A stretch of DNA of 64,000 nt from a virus (IMGVR_UViG_3300045988_171772:190917-254916); one strand, 5' to 3'. Shown: positions 1 to 10,139, counted from the stretch's first letter. The notes: generated by a model not told the origin, from the sequence alone. Program-made: numbers and translations.

Positions 1-363
1 ATACTCCTTCTTATCCAGAGTAGGCGCTACCATATCTTCTCTAGCAATTTCTTTCTTGCCAGAGGAAACACGGGAGATTGCACGATTTGCCGTTTCCAGA
101 CAAACGTCCCGCATATCAGAGAGGAACTGTTTCTTTGCAGGATCCTTCTCATTATTCATTGCGTATGTCAGAGTATCAAAGCCTCCGAAGCTCTCAACCA
201 CTTTCAGAGTGTACTCCGCAAGAGTCCGCTCATTTTCTTCACTCATGTCGAGACGATTGAACGGAAGAGCATCCATGAAGGCCTCATTGACAATCGCAGC
301 GAAGGTCGTGTTGAGAAGCTTATAAGAAGCGGAGCTTTGATAGACAGCATTATTGATCTTCAT
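1..363 (-). CDS. hypothetical protein, 3' end lies beyond the window edge
   Basis: Minus-strand frame is open from the window edge up to the ATG at 361-363, with AAAGGAG 10 nt upstream. It begins MKINNAVYQSSASYKLL. It is absent from the ORF track only because no stop lies inside the window. Confidence 0.55.
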   Translation of the reverse strand, partial: MKINNAVYQSSASYKLLNTTFAAIVNEAFMDALPFNRLDMSEENERTLAEYTLKVVESFGGFDTLTYAMNNEKDPAKKQFLSDMRDVCLETANRAISRVSSGKKEIAREDMVAPTLDKKEY

Positions 364-435
364 TGCTATCCGTCTCCTTTATTTGGAATGTGTGGAAATA
401 AAATCGTTATTTACGTGTTTTAAACCTGCTCCACA

Positions 436-684
436 TTAGAGGTACTGAGCTACTTCAGAAGAAGGATCAATCTCGACTCCATACTTATTGGCAGCTTTCT
501 TAATGCGAGAAGCAAGAGCGCGTTTCTTACCAGGAGGTGCTTTATGGAAATATGAGATAGCAGATCTCACATGGGCAGCATCCGTAAGAGGATACTTTCT
601 CAATTCAGGAATCCCAAACTGAGAATCCTTCAATTGATTTCTCTCTTTGGTAGAGAGCTCTGCTTCCATGATATCGTAATTCAT
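436..684 (-). CDS. hypothetical small protein (82 aa)
   Basis: ORF-track ORF with GAGGTGA 9 nt upstream of the ATG. It is packed tightly behind the 699..4343 gene. Confidence 0.7.
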   Translation of the reverse strand: MNYDIMEAELSTKERNQLKDSQFGIPELRKYPLTDAAHVRSAISYFHKAPPGKKRALASRIKKAANKYGVEIDPSSEVAQYL

Positions 685-698
685 AAAGAAGCTTCACC

Positions 699-3600
699 TC
701 ACTCTTCCAACATGGTGATCTCAATAGAGGTCACCAATTCGTAATTCTCATTCGAAGTATCGATGTTGATAAACTCAGGCACATACTCGTTATAACCCAG
801 ATCACGAATCTTAGTCGTGAAGTTCGATACGATCTTCTGTGCAGAGCTATCATAGTCATTGAATCCATAATACTCCATATAGAGAATTTCATCAAAGTTG
901 GCTTTGCAATCTGCAATGAGGTTCATCATGTAGATCGAGCGACCCTCATTCTCAATCTCATTGACAGACTCAATGTAATTCTTGACCCAAGCAGAGAATC
1001 GCTTTCTAAAGTCAGCCTCAGAAGACAGAGTATCTAGCTTGATACCAAACTTGAGAGTGCAGTTGACATGATCGAGATCTTTCCTCTGCTCAAGATCATT
1101 GCCAGATCCAACCTGATAGAATCTAGACCTACCATAGGTATTGAAGAATTTCATATCGATAGAGAAATTCTCTTCCAGATAGGTATAGACATCACGGATC
1201 TCTTTGTAATTGGAGAGGATGCAACTTACAAGGAATTGTGAGTTTTCGATATTCTTAACCCACTGAGCCTTGATCAGAGGAACTCCATTCAGAGTATAGG
1301 TAGTCTTACCATAACTCTTCTGAGTTTCATTGATCGGGTCATCACTGAAAGGATCATATTCTGCAATAGCAGTAGACCGGATGAATTCAATGGGTTCAAT
1401 GAAGGAGAAGGATTCGGTTTCAGCCATGGTATATTGGTTGGTAAACGTATAGTTTCCAAGAATATACCGGTTGCTTCCATACTCTCCAGGGTTGTTATTG
1501 TCTGCATACTTGATAAAGGTTACGATATCAAATGTGCAGTTATTCATTGTGATATTGGCAGATTTGGTATCGACCTCATTGCCATTTGCATCATAGACAC
1601 CATGAGACAGAATGGTAGTATTCTCCGTAGAGATCATATCAGAAGCCTGCACATAACCACGGAATGTATAATAGTTATTTTCCTGATCGTACTCTTCCAA
1701 TACCATCGGGATGAATCTACCGTTATTCTCAGTAAATTCTTCTCCATTGACGATCAGCATCATACGCATGAGCTGCTTATCCTTCAACTTACGAATGGCA
1801 AGAATGTCATTCTTATTGAAGGTATCGGCAACTTCATACTGCATGGTATATCCGGCATCAAACTGATAGTTGGAAGTGCCAAGAGACCAGTTCTGAGAAG
1901 ATACACGAATCTTTTCAGAAGTACCATCATCATAGACGACCGTAGCATAGACACCGGATCGATAATCCACACGATTATCACCGGTACCAATGGTAAAGGG
2001 TTCCTCGTACCGAATGATGGAGACATAGCCACTATTCTTAGCACGAATCAGGATGGTACCATCTGCATCATTCTCTTTTGTGATATCCAAATCATTGTAA
2101 TCACAAGCAAGATCCAGGAAATCCGTCTCTTCTGTAGAGGGAGTGATCACAGCCTCGAATGCATAGAAGTTCTCACCTACAATAGCATTCCGAGTTACCT
2201 TCATACTATTGAGGAGGAACTGGATGTAGCTGACTGCGCCATCGGCAATCGTCTTGTAGTCGAAGGTCAGTCTGGTATTGACAGAGTTGAGATAATACAT
2301 CACCGCATTGGGTTTACGCATGATGGAGATAATAAACGGATTGGTATAGAGGAAATAGGAGATATCTGCATAGATAATTCCATCTTCCTCCTCAATCTGA
2401 GTATAGTCTTCCATATGCTTAATTGTGATCTTATTATTCAACTGCACATACTCGATGATGTCCGCAATGAATTTGTCCAAAGCGACGCCAGTGACTTCGA
2501 AATGGTCACCATCAATCTCGGATACGATGATGTCTTCGGAATACATATAGAGTCTTCTGATGGCAGTACGAATCGCATCCGAGATTTTCTCGTAGTTATT
2601 CATATCCGTCGCCAGAGAGAAGTTATGATCTCTAAGACCCATATACTTGTATCCTTCTTCACCATATCGGAAGATTGCACCAGGCTTCAGAATCAGACGA
2701 TCTGAAGTCTCATAGTAATCATCGAAGTCAGAGTATCCCGTATGCTTCACAGTCATGGATACGGATCCTTGGCCAGATCCAGCAATCGAGATGATATCAA
2801 CATAATCCTCATAGCAATCTCTGATACGATAGTATCTCGTAATACTATTGAGGAAGATTTCGATGAAGTCTGTAGTAGATACTCCACTAAAGAGGAAAGT
2901 ATCTTTATTTTGAGTCACACTGGTGATTCGATTATCAAAGTTAGGAAGATCAAGAGCACATTTCTCAATCTGAGTAATGACATCTTCATACGTTGAAGTA
3001 CGAGTGTCTACCAGATTGGGATTGACAATGGTGCTATTGGTCTGATCCACACCTTGATTCAATTCGATATTCAGAGTATTGGAAGGAATCACCATACCAG
3101 CAGTATCCTTCATAAGCATGAAGGCACCATACAGACGCTGGAATACGTCATCTCTCTTCTTAAAGAATACGATCTTATTCGTATCATTCAGCATCTTCTT
3201 GTCGAAATATCTCTGAAGGTCAGCATCCGTACAGATGGTTTCGTTGGTAGCATAGGCATACTCAACCTCAGTACGGAATTGCTCAATCTCTTCGATATCG
3301 ACACCGCCAGTAGAAGCACCAATGGTCTGACCATCAATAATGACAGTAGACTGTCTGGGTGTGTTGGTACTGGGGAAGGTACAGGTAAGATTCCCTTTAT
3401 ATTCATCAAAGTTGCCATCTGCACCCAAGGTAGTGTAGAGTCTCACTCTGATGGTAGAGTTCCACTTCGGGTTGAAGTAGATATTGGCAGGGAAGTGAAT
3501 CCGAAGAGTGTTGTTATCCCTAAGCATATACTGCACAAAGGGAGTCCTCGGTGTATCCGAACCCAAGAGAATCTTTTCCAACTGAACTTCTGCACTATTG

Positions 3601-4343
3601 GCATTCTCCTGATAGAAGACTTCGAAGGATGCTAATTTACCAGAAATAGCAATATCATTGGTAACGACATCGACCAAAGAGTTCTTGGTAATCGCAATAC
3701 TCTTCTCTGTCATAGTAACCTGACGGAGGAAGCATGTGATCAGAATCAGTCTTTCTCCATTCAGAGTCACAATCTTATTCTGGAGATAGACAGTATTGTC
3801 TGTATCCAGAGAATTCTTGGTAGAGATATCATAGCGAATCGTATAGACGTAATTGTCTCTACGAGCAATGGCATTGGTACCGGTATTAACAGTATCCTGA
3901 ATCAATCCGTTATATTTCGATCCAGTAACCACAATAGGATGATCCAGCATAAAGGGAATCTTATTTGCCATAAACTTGATATCATCCCGGATGGTGTAGG
4001 ATTGAGAATTCTTAATCAGATTGATGATGTCATTCTCTTTAATAACAAGAACGGATCTGACACGAGCTGGTACACTCATAGGAGCATCCAGTCTCTGCAG
4101 AGCTGCCATACGATAAATCGATTCATCATACAGAGCATGAGTCGGATAGAACTCTCTACGAGCTACAGAAACCGCATTGAAGACATCTTCCGTTACGGTA
4201 CCCATAACTTCGTTGATATATCCGAAGATACCTGTACGATAATTCGCTACTTGATCAAAGTTAAAGTATTTAGGAGCAATGTCATCTATCCAGTCTTTGA
4301 CCGCAGTCGTAAGATCTGTATAGTCTCTCAAAGATCCAGCCAT
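699..4343 (-). CDS. large virion structural protein (1214 aa), probably a baseplate or tail component; function unresolved
   Basis: It is the longest ORF in the region, has no recognisable enzymatic motifs, and sits in the same minus-strand block as the gp25-like gene. Confidence 0.75.
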   Translation of the reverse strand: MAGSLRDYTDLTTAVKDWIDDIAPKYFNFDQVANYRTGIFGYINEVMGTVTEDVFNAVSVARREFYPTHALYDESIYRMAALQRLDAPMSVPARVRSVLVIKENDIINLIKNSQSYTIRDDIKFMANKIPFMLDHPIVVTGSKYNGLIQDTVNTGTNAIARRDNYVYTIRYDISTKNSLDTDNTVYLQNKIVTLNGERLILITCFLRQVTMTEKSIAITKNSLVDVVTNDIAISGKLASFEVFYQENANSAEVQLEKILLGSDTPRTPFVQYMLRDNNTLRIHFPANIYFNPKWNSTIRVRLYTTLGADGNFDEYKGNLTCTFPSTNTPRQSTVIIDGQTIGASTGGVDIEEIEQFRTEVEYAYATNETICTDADLQRYFDKKMLNDTNKIVFFKKRDDVFQRLYGAFMLMKDTAGMVIPSNTLNIELNQGVDQTNSTIVNPNLVDTRTSTYEDVITQIEKCALDLPNFDNRITSVTQNKDTFLFSGVSTTDFIEIFLNSITRYYRIRDCYEDYVDIISIAGSGQGSVSMTVKHTGYSDFDDYYETSDRLILKPGAIFRYGEEGYKYMGLRDHNFSLATDMNNYEKISDAIRTAIRRLYMYSEDIIVSEIDGDHFEVTGVALDKFIADIIEYVQLNNKITIKHMEDYTQIEEEDGIIYADISYFLYTNPFIISIMRKPNAVMYYLNSVNTRLTFDYKTIADGAVSYIQFLLNSMKVTRNAIVGENFYAFEAVITPSTEETDFLDLACDYNDLDITKENDADGTILIRAKNSGYVSIIRYEEPFTIGTGDNRVDYRSGVYATVVYDDGTSEKIRVSSQNWSLGTSNYQFDAGYTMQYEVADTFNKNDILAIRKLKDKQLMRMMLIVNGEEFTENNGRFIPMVLEEYDQENNYYTFRGYVQASDMISTENTTILSHGVYDANGNEVDTKSANITMNNCTFDIVTFIKYADNNNPGEYGSNRYILGNYTFTNQYTMAETESFSFIEPIEFIRSTAIAEYDPFSDDPINETQKSYGKTTYTLNGVPLIKAQWVKNIENSQFLVSCILSNYKEIRDVYTYLEENFSIDMKFFNTYGRSRFYQVGSGNDLEQRKDLDHVNCTLKFGIKLDTLSSEADFRKRFSAWVKNYIESVNEIENEGRSIYMMNLIADCKANFDEILYMEYYGFNDYDSSAQKIVSNFTTKIRDLGYNEYVPEFINIDTSNENYELVTSIEITMLEE

Positions 4344-4368
4344 ATCTCAGGTAAGCTCCTTTCTTTCC

Positions 4369-5493
4369 TTATTGCTCATGATCATACTTGATCCATTGCA
4401 GATAGTAGCGACCCTCACTATTGGCGACTATCATAGGAGATCCTGTGATAATTCTGCCACTATTGAGTTTATTATCGTGATGAGGTTCGAAATATTCTCT
4501 CATCTGGGCTGGAGTCGAAGGTTTACCAACCGAGGCACCAAAATAGATATTCTGATTATTGGAACCAAGATCAGCAGCCGCACCGGTACCAGCTCGTGTC
4601 TGAATATTCTTCATCACATGGGCATTGTAATTGAATTCTCTCACAATGATAGGATTCCAATGCTCAATACTAGCTGCAACGAACGAGATGGAACGATCCG
4701 TATCCGGAGCTCCACCTCGGTTAAAAGAAAAATCACTGAGAGGTACCCCAGTGGGAACCGCTGCGGTGATTTTTGAGAAGTATTTGATTTCCTGACCATC
4801 AGCAGCACACATGATGACATAGATGCTGGTGAAATAATCAGCAATTTTATTTCTTCTATAGACATCATTCGCATAGATCTGTCCATCCATCACCTGATGA
4901 ATATAGTATTCCCAGAGATAGAAGAACTTCGCTACACTGAGATCTTTGTCATCTCTGAAGTCCATAGAAAAACTAATTCCCGAAGTAGATTCATCTGCTT
5001 TTCCGAGAATGTAGTATTTGTAGTTACTGAAGAGCTGTCCCACAGCATCGTTTCTGATTTCGAAATCCTGAATGGGCATAGACTTGGTTCTACCTACCAG
5101 GAAAGGAACGAAATCGTGATACGAGGAATAATCAGCTGACAGCATCTCTAATAATTCTCTATTTTCAGCAGTTTGGAAGAAATAATTGAAAACGGGATCC
5201 GCCTGAGCAGATTCCGATAACATAGCAGTTCGGGTAGAAGATGCGCCACCATTGAAATGCACGATATTGAGATCTGGCCTGACCATAAATACATAGGTGA
5301 TAAAATTATCAATCTCATCATCTGGATAGATTAGACCATATCGGTTAAAGCCGTCAAATCGAGCATTCTGATTTTTCTCGTAAATGCCGTGAAGATCGTG
5401 AAAATCGTCGCTCGACATGGTACTGTAAGTGTTAGAGATAGCACCCAATGCAGAATCCTGCAGGATCTCAATATCAACAGGACTAACAGCCAT
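4369..5493 (-). CDS. hypothetical structural protein (~374 aa)
   Basis: ORF 4369..5505 in the track starts at a GTG. The ATG at 5493 with AGGTGA 8 nt upstream is the more likely start. The gene is separated by 25 nt from the downstream 1214-aa gene. Confidence 0.75.
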   Translation of the reverse strand: MAVSPVDIEILQDSALGAISNTYSTMSSDDFHDLHGIYEKNQNARFDGFNRYGLIYPDDEIDNFITYVFMVRPDLNIVHFNGGASSTRTAMLSESAQADPVFNYFFQTAENRELLEMLSADYSSYHDFVPFLVGRTKSMPIQDFEIRNDAVGQLFSNYKYYILGKADESTSGISFSMDFRDDKDLSVAKFFYLWEYYIHQVMDGQIYANDVYRRNKIADYFTSIYVIMCAADGQEIKYFSKITAAVPTGVPLSDFSFNRGGAPDTDRSISFVAASIEHWNPIIVREFNYNAHVMKNIQTRAGTGAAADLGSNNQNIYFGASVGKPSTPAQMREYFEPHHDNKLNSGRIITGSPMIVANSEGRYYLQWIKYDHEQ

Positions 5494-5562
5494 TACAAGT
5501 GTCACCTGCCTTCACATAGCTTAGATTTTAAAGGGGTGTTTTGTCACTGGATTTCATGCACT

Positions 5563-5595
5563 TTGAAAGAATCAAAAATTTCTGTATATTATTTA
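5563..5595 (+). promoter_or_regulatory. class I promoter-like motif (plus strand), variant spacing
   Basis: TTGAAAG-N15-TATATTATTTAC. The TGTATATTATTTAC part is identical to minus-strand copies. It lies ~90 nt upstream of 5688. Confidence 0.45.
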
Positions 5596-5687
5596 CTTGC
5601 AGTAGAAGGATGTAGGGACTCAACATCACCGATGTGATATCTCTTTTAAAGTATTTGAAAGTGCTTTGAGAAAGGAGGTAGATCATC

Positions 5688-6272
5688 ATGTCCGCAACAA
5701 TTGGCTCTATTATCGGTGCCGGTCTCAAGGGGATCATTACGACTATTGGTTCGCTGACCGTTCCCCAGGCATTTGCTGTTGGTGCTCTGATTGGTGGCAT
5801 TGCATATACTTTCTGGGTAAAGTATAAGGCTGCTAAGAAGATGACTAAGAAGGCGAAGAAAGCTGAGACTGTGACCCAGAAGATCAATATGGATAAACTC
5901 GATCGGGATATGGAAGAAATCCGTACTCGTGATGAGCGGGAAACCGATCGGATCTATAAAGATATTCTGGACGAGATCGATGAGGGTTCGAATATCCGCA
6001 ATCGTGGTAAGAATCATCAGTATACCAAGAAGAATGCGAAGAGAGACTTTGCGGCCGTTGACCGTATGAAGAAACGGAAGAAGAATGGCAGCAACTTTGC
6101 TCGGACCATCGACGAGGAAATCGAGAAATTCTATCGGGATTGTGAAGATATCTATCGGGCTGAGGAAGAGAAGAAGTTCGGACGGTTTGTCGGGGAAGAC
6201 GATGACTTCCATCGGCAGGCTGTAGAGACCTATAAAAGGGATCAACAGAAATTCAATCCTTCCTTCGTCTGA
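5688..6272 (+). CDS. membrane protein with glycine-zipper N-terminal TM segments and a long Lys/Glu/Arg-rich C-terminal domain
   Basis: GAAAGGAGGT lies 7 nt upstream of the ATG. The N-terminus is MSATIGSIIGAGLKGIITTIGSL...VGALIGGIAYTFWV. A plus-strand promoter motif lies upstream and the hairpin terminator 6311-6370 downstream. Confidence 0.75.
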   Translation: MSATIGSIIGAGLKGIITTIGSLTVPQAFAVGALIGGIAYTFWVKYKAAKKMTKKAKKAETVTQKINMDKLDRDMEEIRTRDERETDRIYKDILDEIDEGSNIRNRGKNHQYTKKNAKRDFAAVDRMKKRKKNGSNFARTIDEEIEKFYRDCEDIYRAEEEKKFGRFVGEDDDFHRQAVETYKRDQQKFNPSFV

Positions 6273-6310
6273 TATGACGAATCTCGTATATAATTTCTAA
6301 AGCGTACGTA

Positions 6311-6370
6311 ATGGGTTAATGTAAGGAGAACGATCCAAGGTCTCCTCAACATTAACCCATTATTTTTATT
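6311..6370 (+). terminator. rho-independent terminator
   Basis: 12-bp stem ATGGGTTAATGT/ACATTAACCCAT followed by TATTTTTATTT. Confidence 0.7.
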
Positions 6371-6374
6371 TGAA

Positions 6375-6408
6375 TCAAAAAGTTAGATGAAAAAGTATGT
6401 ATATTATC
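6375..6408 (+). promoter_or_regulatory. class I promoter-like motif (plus strand)
   Basis: TCAAAAA-N18-TATATTATC, ~30 nt upstream of the 6436 ATG. Confidence 0.45.
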
Positions 6409-6435
6409 TAACTAGAAAGGAGGTGAAAATACCTT

Positions 6436-6843
6436 ATGGATAGACTGATGTATGCGGATCACATTCTTGTCAGTATGGATGGTTATGTCCGTGCTTATCA
6501 ACATGATGAATTCGTATGTGGCGGGGAGATTATGAGAGTGGAGAATATCTTCCCCTATTACGAAAATTCTCAGGATCTCATTCTTCGAATCACCACAGGA
6601 AGAGAGTATTCTCGTCCTATGGTGATCAAGCTTATTGTGGAAGCTGATGAGGATGGGATGCTTCATGCGGATTATACGAAGGCAAGACCTTCTGTGATCA
6701 CTGATGAGAATTCGATAATCCAAAACAGAAATGCATCGAGTTACATCTCTCTGGCATCTATTTGGAGAATGGATCTCGGGCAGTCCGTGAATGGCCAGCT
6801 GATGCAGATGTATCAGCGATTAAAGTCCGTTGATCACTATTAA
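6436..6843 (+). CDS. hypothetical protein (135 aa)
   Basis: GAAAGGAGGTG SD upstream of the ATG, and a class I promoter-like motif at 6375-6408. Confidence 0.7.
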   Translation: MDRLMYADHILVSMDGYVRAYQHDEFVCGGEIMRVENIFPYYENSQDLILRITTGREYSRPMVIKLIVEADEDGMLHADYTKARPSVITDENSIIQNRNASSYISLASIWRMDLGQSVNGQLMQMYQRLKSVDHY

Positions 6844-6892
6844 TTTTCTGCAGGTGGTCAACGCAACCAAGAAAAACAAAGGAAGATTAGCT

Positions 6893-7846
6893 ATGAAATA
6901 CTTAAACTATGAAACCAAAAGAGGACGCCAGAATAAAGAGGATTCTGAACTTCTCTCTGACCTCAAGATCCGGGCTCTGTCCGATTATCAGATCTTTGAG
7001 TACATGACCAACATGATCAAAGAAAATCCTGAGATTACAGAGCCCGATTTCTCTCTTAAATTCGAGTCTCATCCTTATTCCATTCGCGGTATTCTTAGCG
7101 GATACACGGATGGTCATTGGTATCATGCCGGTAATAAATTATACGAGAAATTCTGTAAAGTCATCGGACAAGAACCGTATCTCTATATGAAGAAGATACG
7201 GTATTCTAATAATCCAGAGATACTTCAATCCTATTCCAGTGTCTTCGATAATTTCGTGGATGACTGCTGCGAGAAGAAAGATCCTCATGATCCATACTGC
7301 GATATGAGTATGCTCGATCTGTATCGGGCATATCTTATCTACGCCGGCACTCATGGATCGGATACGGTCTATGGGTCTCTCGACAGCTTTAAACATGCTT
7401 TTAGAGAGTCTTTCCCGAATATAACGACTGAAGGCAATGCCGGTTACATGATCATCATCCGGAATTTTGGTCTGAAGGGAGAAGCCAAGAAGAAGTTCGG
7501 ATTGTGCTCTGAGGATGGATCGGTCATCCCGAATGGATTGGCTCCGTGGGTTCTGGTTCTCGACTTCATCGATAAATATTGCGATATTGATCCATCTACT
7601 AACGTTCTTGCGGAGGATCTCTATGAAGCATATCGGAAGTATGCTATCGATAGAATCAAGAGTGGAACGATCTCTACGGCATATACCAGAACTGGATTCA
7701 ACATGTATCTCACCAATGCGTTTAGCTTCCCCTTCCTGTTCTTGAAGAATAAAGGAATGCACTCTCAGAAGAAGATCATCTGCGGTATAGGGTTCAAAAC
7801 TGGACCCTTCATTGGACCTGTTGTGGTTCCCTTTAACCGCATCTAA
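6893..7846 (+). CDS. hypothetical protein with an internal duplication (~317 aa)
   Basis: The ORF 6830..7846 more likely starts at ATG 6893 (AGGAAG upstream). Two copies of a F[VI]D..C...L..LY.AY..YA...F...[IF]G[LF]K module are present (DPYCDMSMLDLYRAYLIYAG and DKYCDIDPSTNVLAEDLYEAYRKYAI). Confidence 0.7.
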   Translation: MKYLNYETKRGRQNKEDSELLSDLKIRALSDYQIFEYMTNMIKENPEITEPDFSLKFESHPYSIRGILSGYTDGHWYHAGNKLYEKFCKVIGQEPYLYMKKIRYSNNPEILQSYSSVFDNFVDDCCEKKDPHDPYCDMSMLDLYRAYLIYAGTHGSDTVYGSLDSFKHAFRESFPNITTEGNAGYMIIIRNFGLKGEAKKKFGLCSEDGSVIPNGLAPWVLVLDFIDKYCDIDPSTNVLAEDLYEAYRKYAIDRIKSGTISTAYTRTGFNMYLTNAFSFPFLFLKNKGMHSQKKIICGIGFKTGPFIGPVVVPFNRI

Positions 7847-7851
7847 GACAT

Positions 7852-7918
7852 AAAAAGAATGGGTACCATCCTTGGAGTGTATTGTAACTCCTTGTGATGG
7901 TACCCATTCTTTTTTATT
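7852..7918. terminator. bidirectional hairpin terminator between convergent genes
   Basis: 16-bp stem AAGAATGGGTACCATC/GATGGTACCCATTCTT flanked by an A-run and a T-run. Confidence 0.75.
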
Positions 7919-8333
7919 TATTTTGTGACCTACGAGATCTCTTGGCAGCTTTCAGTGAAATTGCTTCAGCTTCCAATCTTTCTTTTTCATTCTCTCTGTC
8001 TTCGATCTCTTGAATGGTTGGAAAACTTCCTCTCCTATAGACGATCTTTCCTTCACCCTTATTCACGATTTTGGAAGGATCATCAAAGTGAATCGTTTTG
8101 GTATCTCCTGTATCAAGAGAAACAGAGAATTCTGCACCTGTATCGTCAATCGAGCAAGACAACCCCTCGATGTGATGTTCCAAATCAGGACTATCTACAC
8201 ACTGATCTTGAATAAAATTACAGAAATCAGTGAATTGTCCATAGTAATCTCCTAAGATGGTAGAATACTTATCCCCATCAACACTCCGGAGATCATTGAC
8301 AGATAGATCCTTAAAGATATCGATTTTATTCAA
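7914..8333 (-). CDS. hypothetical acidic protein (139 aa), TTG start
   Basis: ORF-track ORF with GAGGTGA upstream of the TTG. The terminator hairpin 7852-7918 lies just downstream. Confidence 0.7.
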   Translation of the reverse strand: MNKIDIFKDLSVNDLRSVDGDKYSTILGDYYGQFTDFCNFIQDQCVDSPDLEHHIEGLSCSIDDTGAEFSVSLDTGDTKTIHFDDPSKIVNKGEGKIVYRRGSFPTIQEIEDRENEKERLEAEAISLKAAKRSRRSQNK

Positions 8334-8573
8334 TGGTCTTTTATCACCTCGAGTCTGCTGTCAGACGGAAGATTGTATTTTATTATCGCTTCATTGCCCT
8401 CATCTGTTTATTGAGAGCTCTGGATTCTTTCGAGTTATTTTGTCTCTGGATACGAGCTTCTCTTCTTCTCTTAAGAACTTCCAATTCTCCAAAGGAGAGA
8501 TTCTTGATATCCTCGACACTCAGTTGCCCGGCAAATAGGTCCAGGAGTTCCTCAACATACGAGAAGTACCCGT

Positions 8574-10139
8574 TTATTGGATCCTGAATTCCTCCCGGGC
8601 ATATAGAAAAAGCAACTGATCCGCAGTGGGAGTGAACTCAATCTCATGCTTGCAGTTCGGGCAGGTAATCTGCCCAGAAGAGAAAGCAGGACTGTAGTAA
8701 TAGTTGAGTGAGAACTGATTGATCATACGGAAATCTTCATTGGGGAGAGAAGGAAGGAATCTCAGGACATCTTCAATCTCATCCGGTCCAAAGTAGATAT
8801 ATCCTTTATCTTTGTCACTGTAGATGTAGAGGCTATTGAGCATCATAGCACATGCAATGACAGTGGTATTCAGATCAGCTTCATCCGATCCTTCATCCAC
8901 ATCATACAAATGCAGATTATCAGCAGCCTGCATCACCTGTTTGGCTCTGGAGATAGAAGGAGTCTGTACAACAAAGCGGTTCTTAGAGATAGGAGACTCC
9001 ATAATGGTAGCCTGCATCTTCTCATTAGAATGCTTGGTCAGCCATTCGACATCATTGAAATGAGCATGAATGGCATCAAACTCCTTACGAGAATTCTCAT
9101 CAAAGTCCTTGATGCTCAGCATCTTATCTGGGTGCATATCCCATTTGAAGGGCTTACGGCAACGATTGCAAGACAGATCAATGGTGAGATATTCCGGAGA
9201 AGAAGCAGAGTAGATTGCATACTCAGCCATGGGAATCTCGAAGAAGGGGAATTTGTCACAGAAATCCTGATAGCTCAGTGTGACAGCATTCTTGTCATCA
9301 TACTTCGAGAAGGTATGGCATTGCATGAAATGGTCATATAAGAACGTAGAAAGTTTGTCGATACTCTCAAGAGGAGATTTGGTCTCCAGAGAGATACCGG
9401 AACGAATGATCTCAGCAGAGGTAGCACTTCTAAAGGTAACAGTGTCACCCAGAGCAGGCATGGCAACCGTACGAGCAGCCATAGAGTTCAGAGTCCGGAT
9501 ATAATCCAGCTTGGAGCCTGACTCAGGTACCGAAGCCAGCTTGGTATGCTTGAGATCTTCAGATGTAACCAGATGCAGTTCAATGACATTGGTAGAGACC
9601 AGTTTCTGATGCTCTTCCTCTGTCAGCTGCAGCTGATCTTCTTTTCCTTTTTCGATGGTAATGACACCCGTATGAGGATGATCATCCAGCCACTTATCAT
9701 TGAGAGCCTTGGTTTCTCTCTTGGTACGAGACTGGACAGCTTTGGTAGCTTCCTCAGGAGTCATACCTTCTTCGGTAATGAGGCGATTCCGATATTCCTG
9801 CATTCTCTTCAGGATAGCATCTGCTTGACGGGTTCTCACAGAAGCTTCCATATCAGGCATCAAAGAAGCAATATCATCTTTGGTGATCATACGGATAGAT
9901 TCATCCTTCTTAGCAACATCAGGATTTGCCTGACTCTGCTCAGCTTGCTGGATGATGGTCTGTGCTTCTTCGACATCCAAATCGTCATCAGTAATAACAG
10001 TCCCTGCTTCCTTCGAAGTTTCTTCTGAAGAAGCAGGTTCATTGGTAGGAGTATTGTCATTGGTTTTCGCTTGATTGAGCTCATTCATATGCTTGGCATG
10101 AGCCTCTCTTGCGATTTCTTCCAAAGATTTATTCGCCAT
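8574..10139 (-). CDS. hypothetical protein (521 aa) with two CxxC pairs (CNRC...CPNC), next to the gp25-like gene
   Basis: Long ORF that starts 21 nt after the stop of the gp25-like gene. CNRCRKPF and CPNCKHEIEF suggest a zinc ribbon. Confidence 0.8.
   Translation of the reverse strand: MANKSLEEIAREAHAKHMNELNQAKTNDNTPTNEPASSEETSKEAGTVITDDDLDVEEAQTIIQQAEQSQANPDVAKKDESIRMITKDDIASLMPDMEASVRTRQADAILKRMQEYRNRLITEEGMTPEEATKAVQSRTKRETKALNDKWLDDHPHTGVITIEKGKEDQLQLTEEEHQKLVSTNVIELHLVTSEDLKHTKLASVPESGSKLDYIRTLNSMAARTVAMPALGDTVTFRSATSAEIIRSGISLETKSPLESIDKLSTFLYDHFMQCHTFSKYDDKNAVTLSYQDFCDKFPFFEIPMAEYAIYSASSPEYLTIDLSCNRCRKPFKWDMHPDKMLSIKDFDENSRKEFDAIHAHFNDVEWLTKHSNEKMQATIMESPISKNRFVVQTPSISRAKQVMQAADNLHLYDVDEGSDEADLNTTVIACAMMLNSLYIYSDKDKGYIYFGPDEIEDVLRFLPSLPNEDFRMINQFSLNYYYSPAFSSGQITCPNCKHEIEFTPTADQLLFLYAREEFRIQ

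Noticed and set aside
5528-6245. Minus-strand ORFs 5528..5887 and 5646..6245, overlapping the plus-strand membrane-protein gene
   Set aside because: The plus-strand ORF has a perfect SD, an upstream plus-strand promoter motif and a downstream plus-strand terminator. The minus-strand ORFs have none of these.
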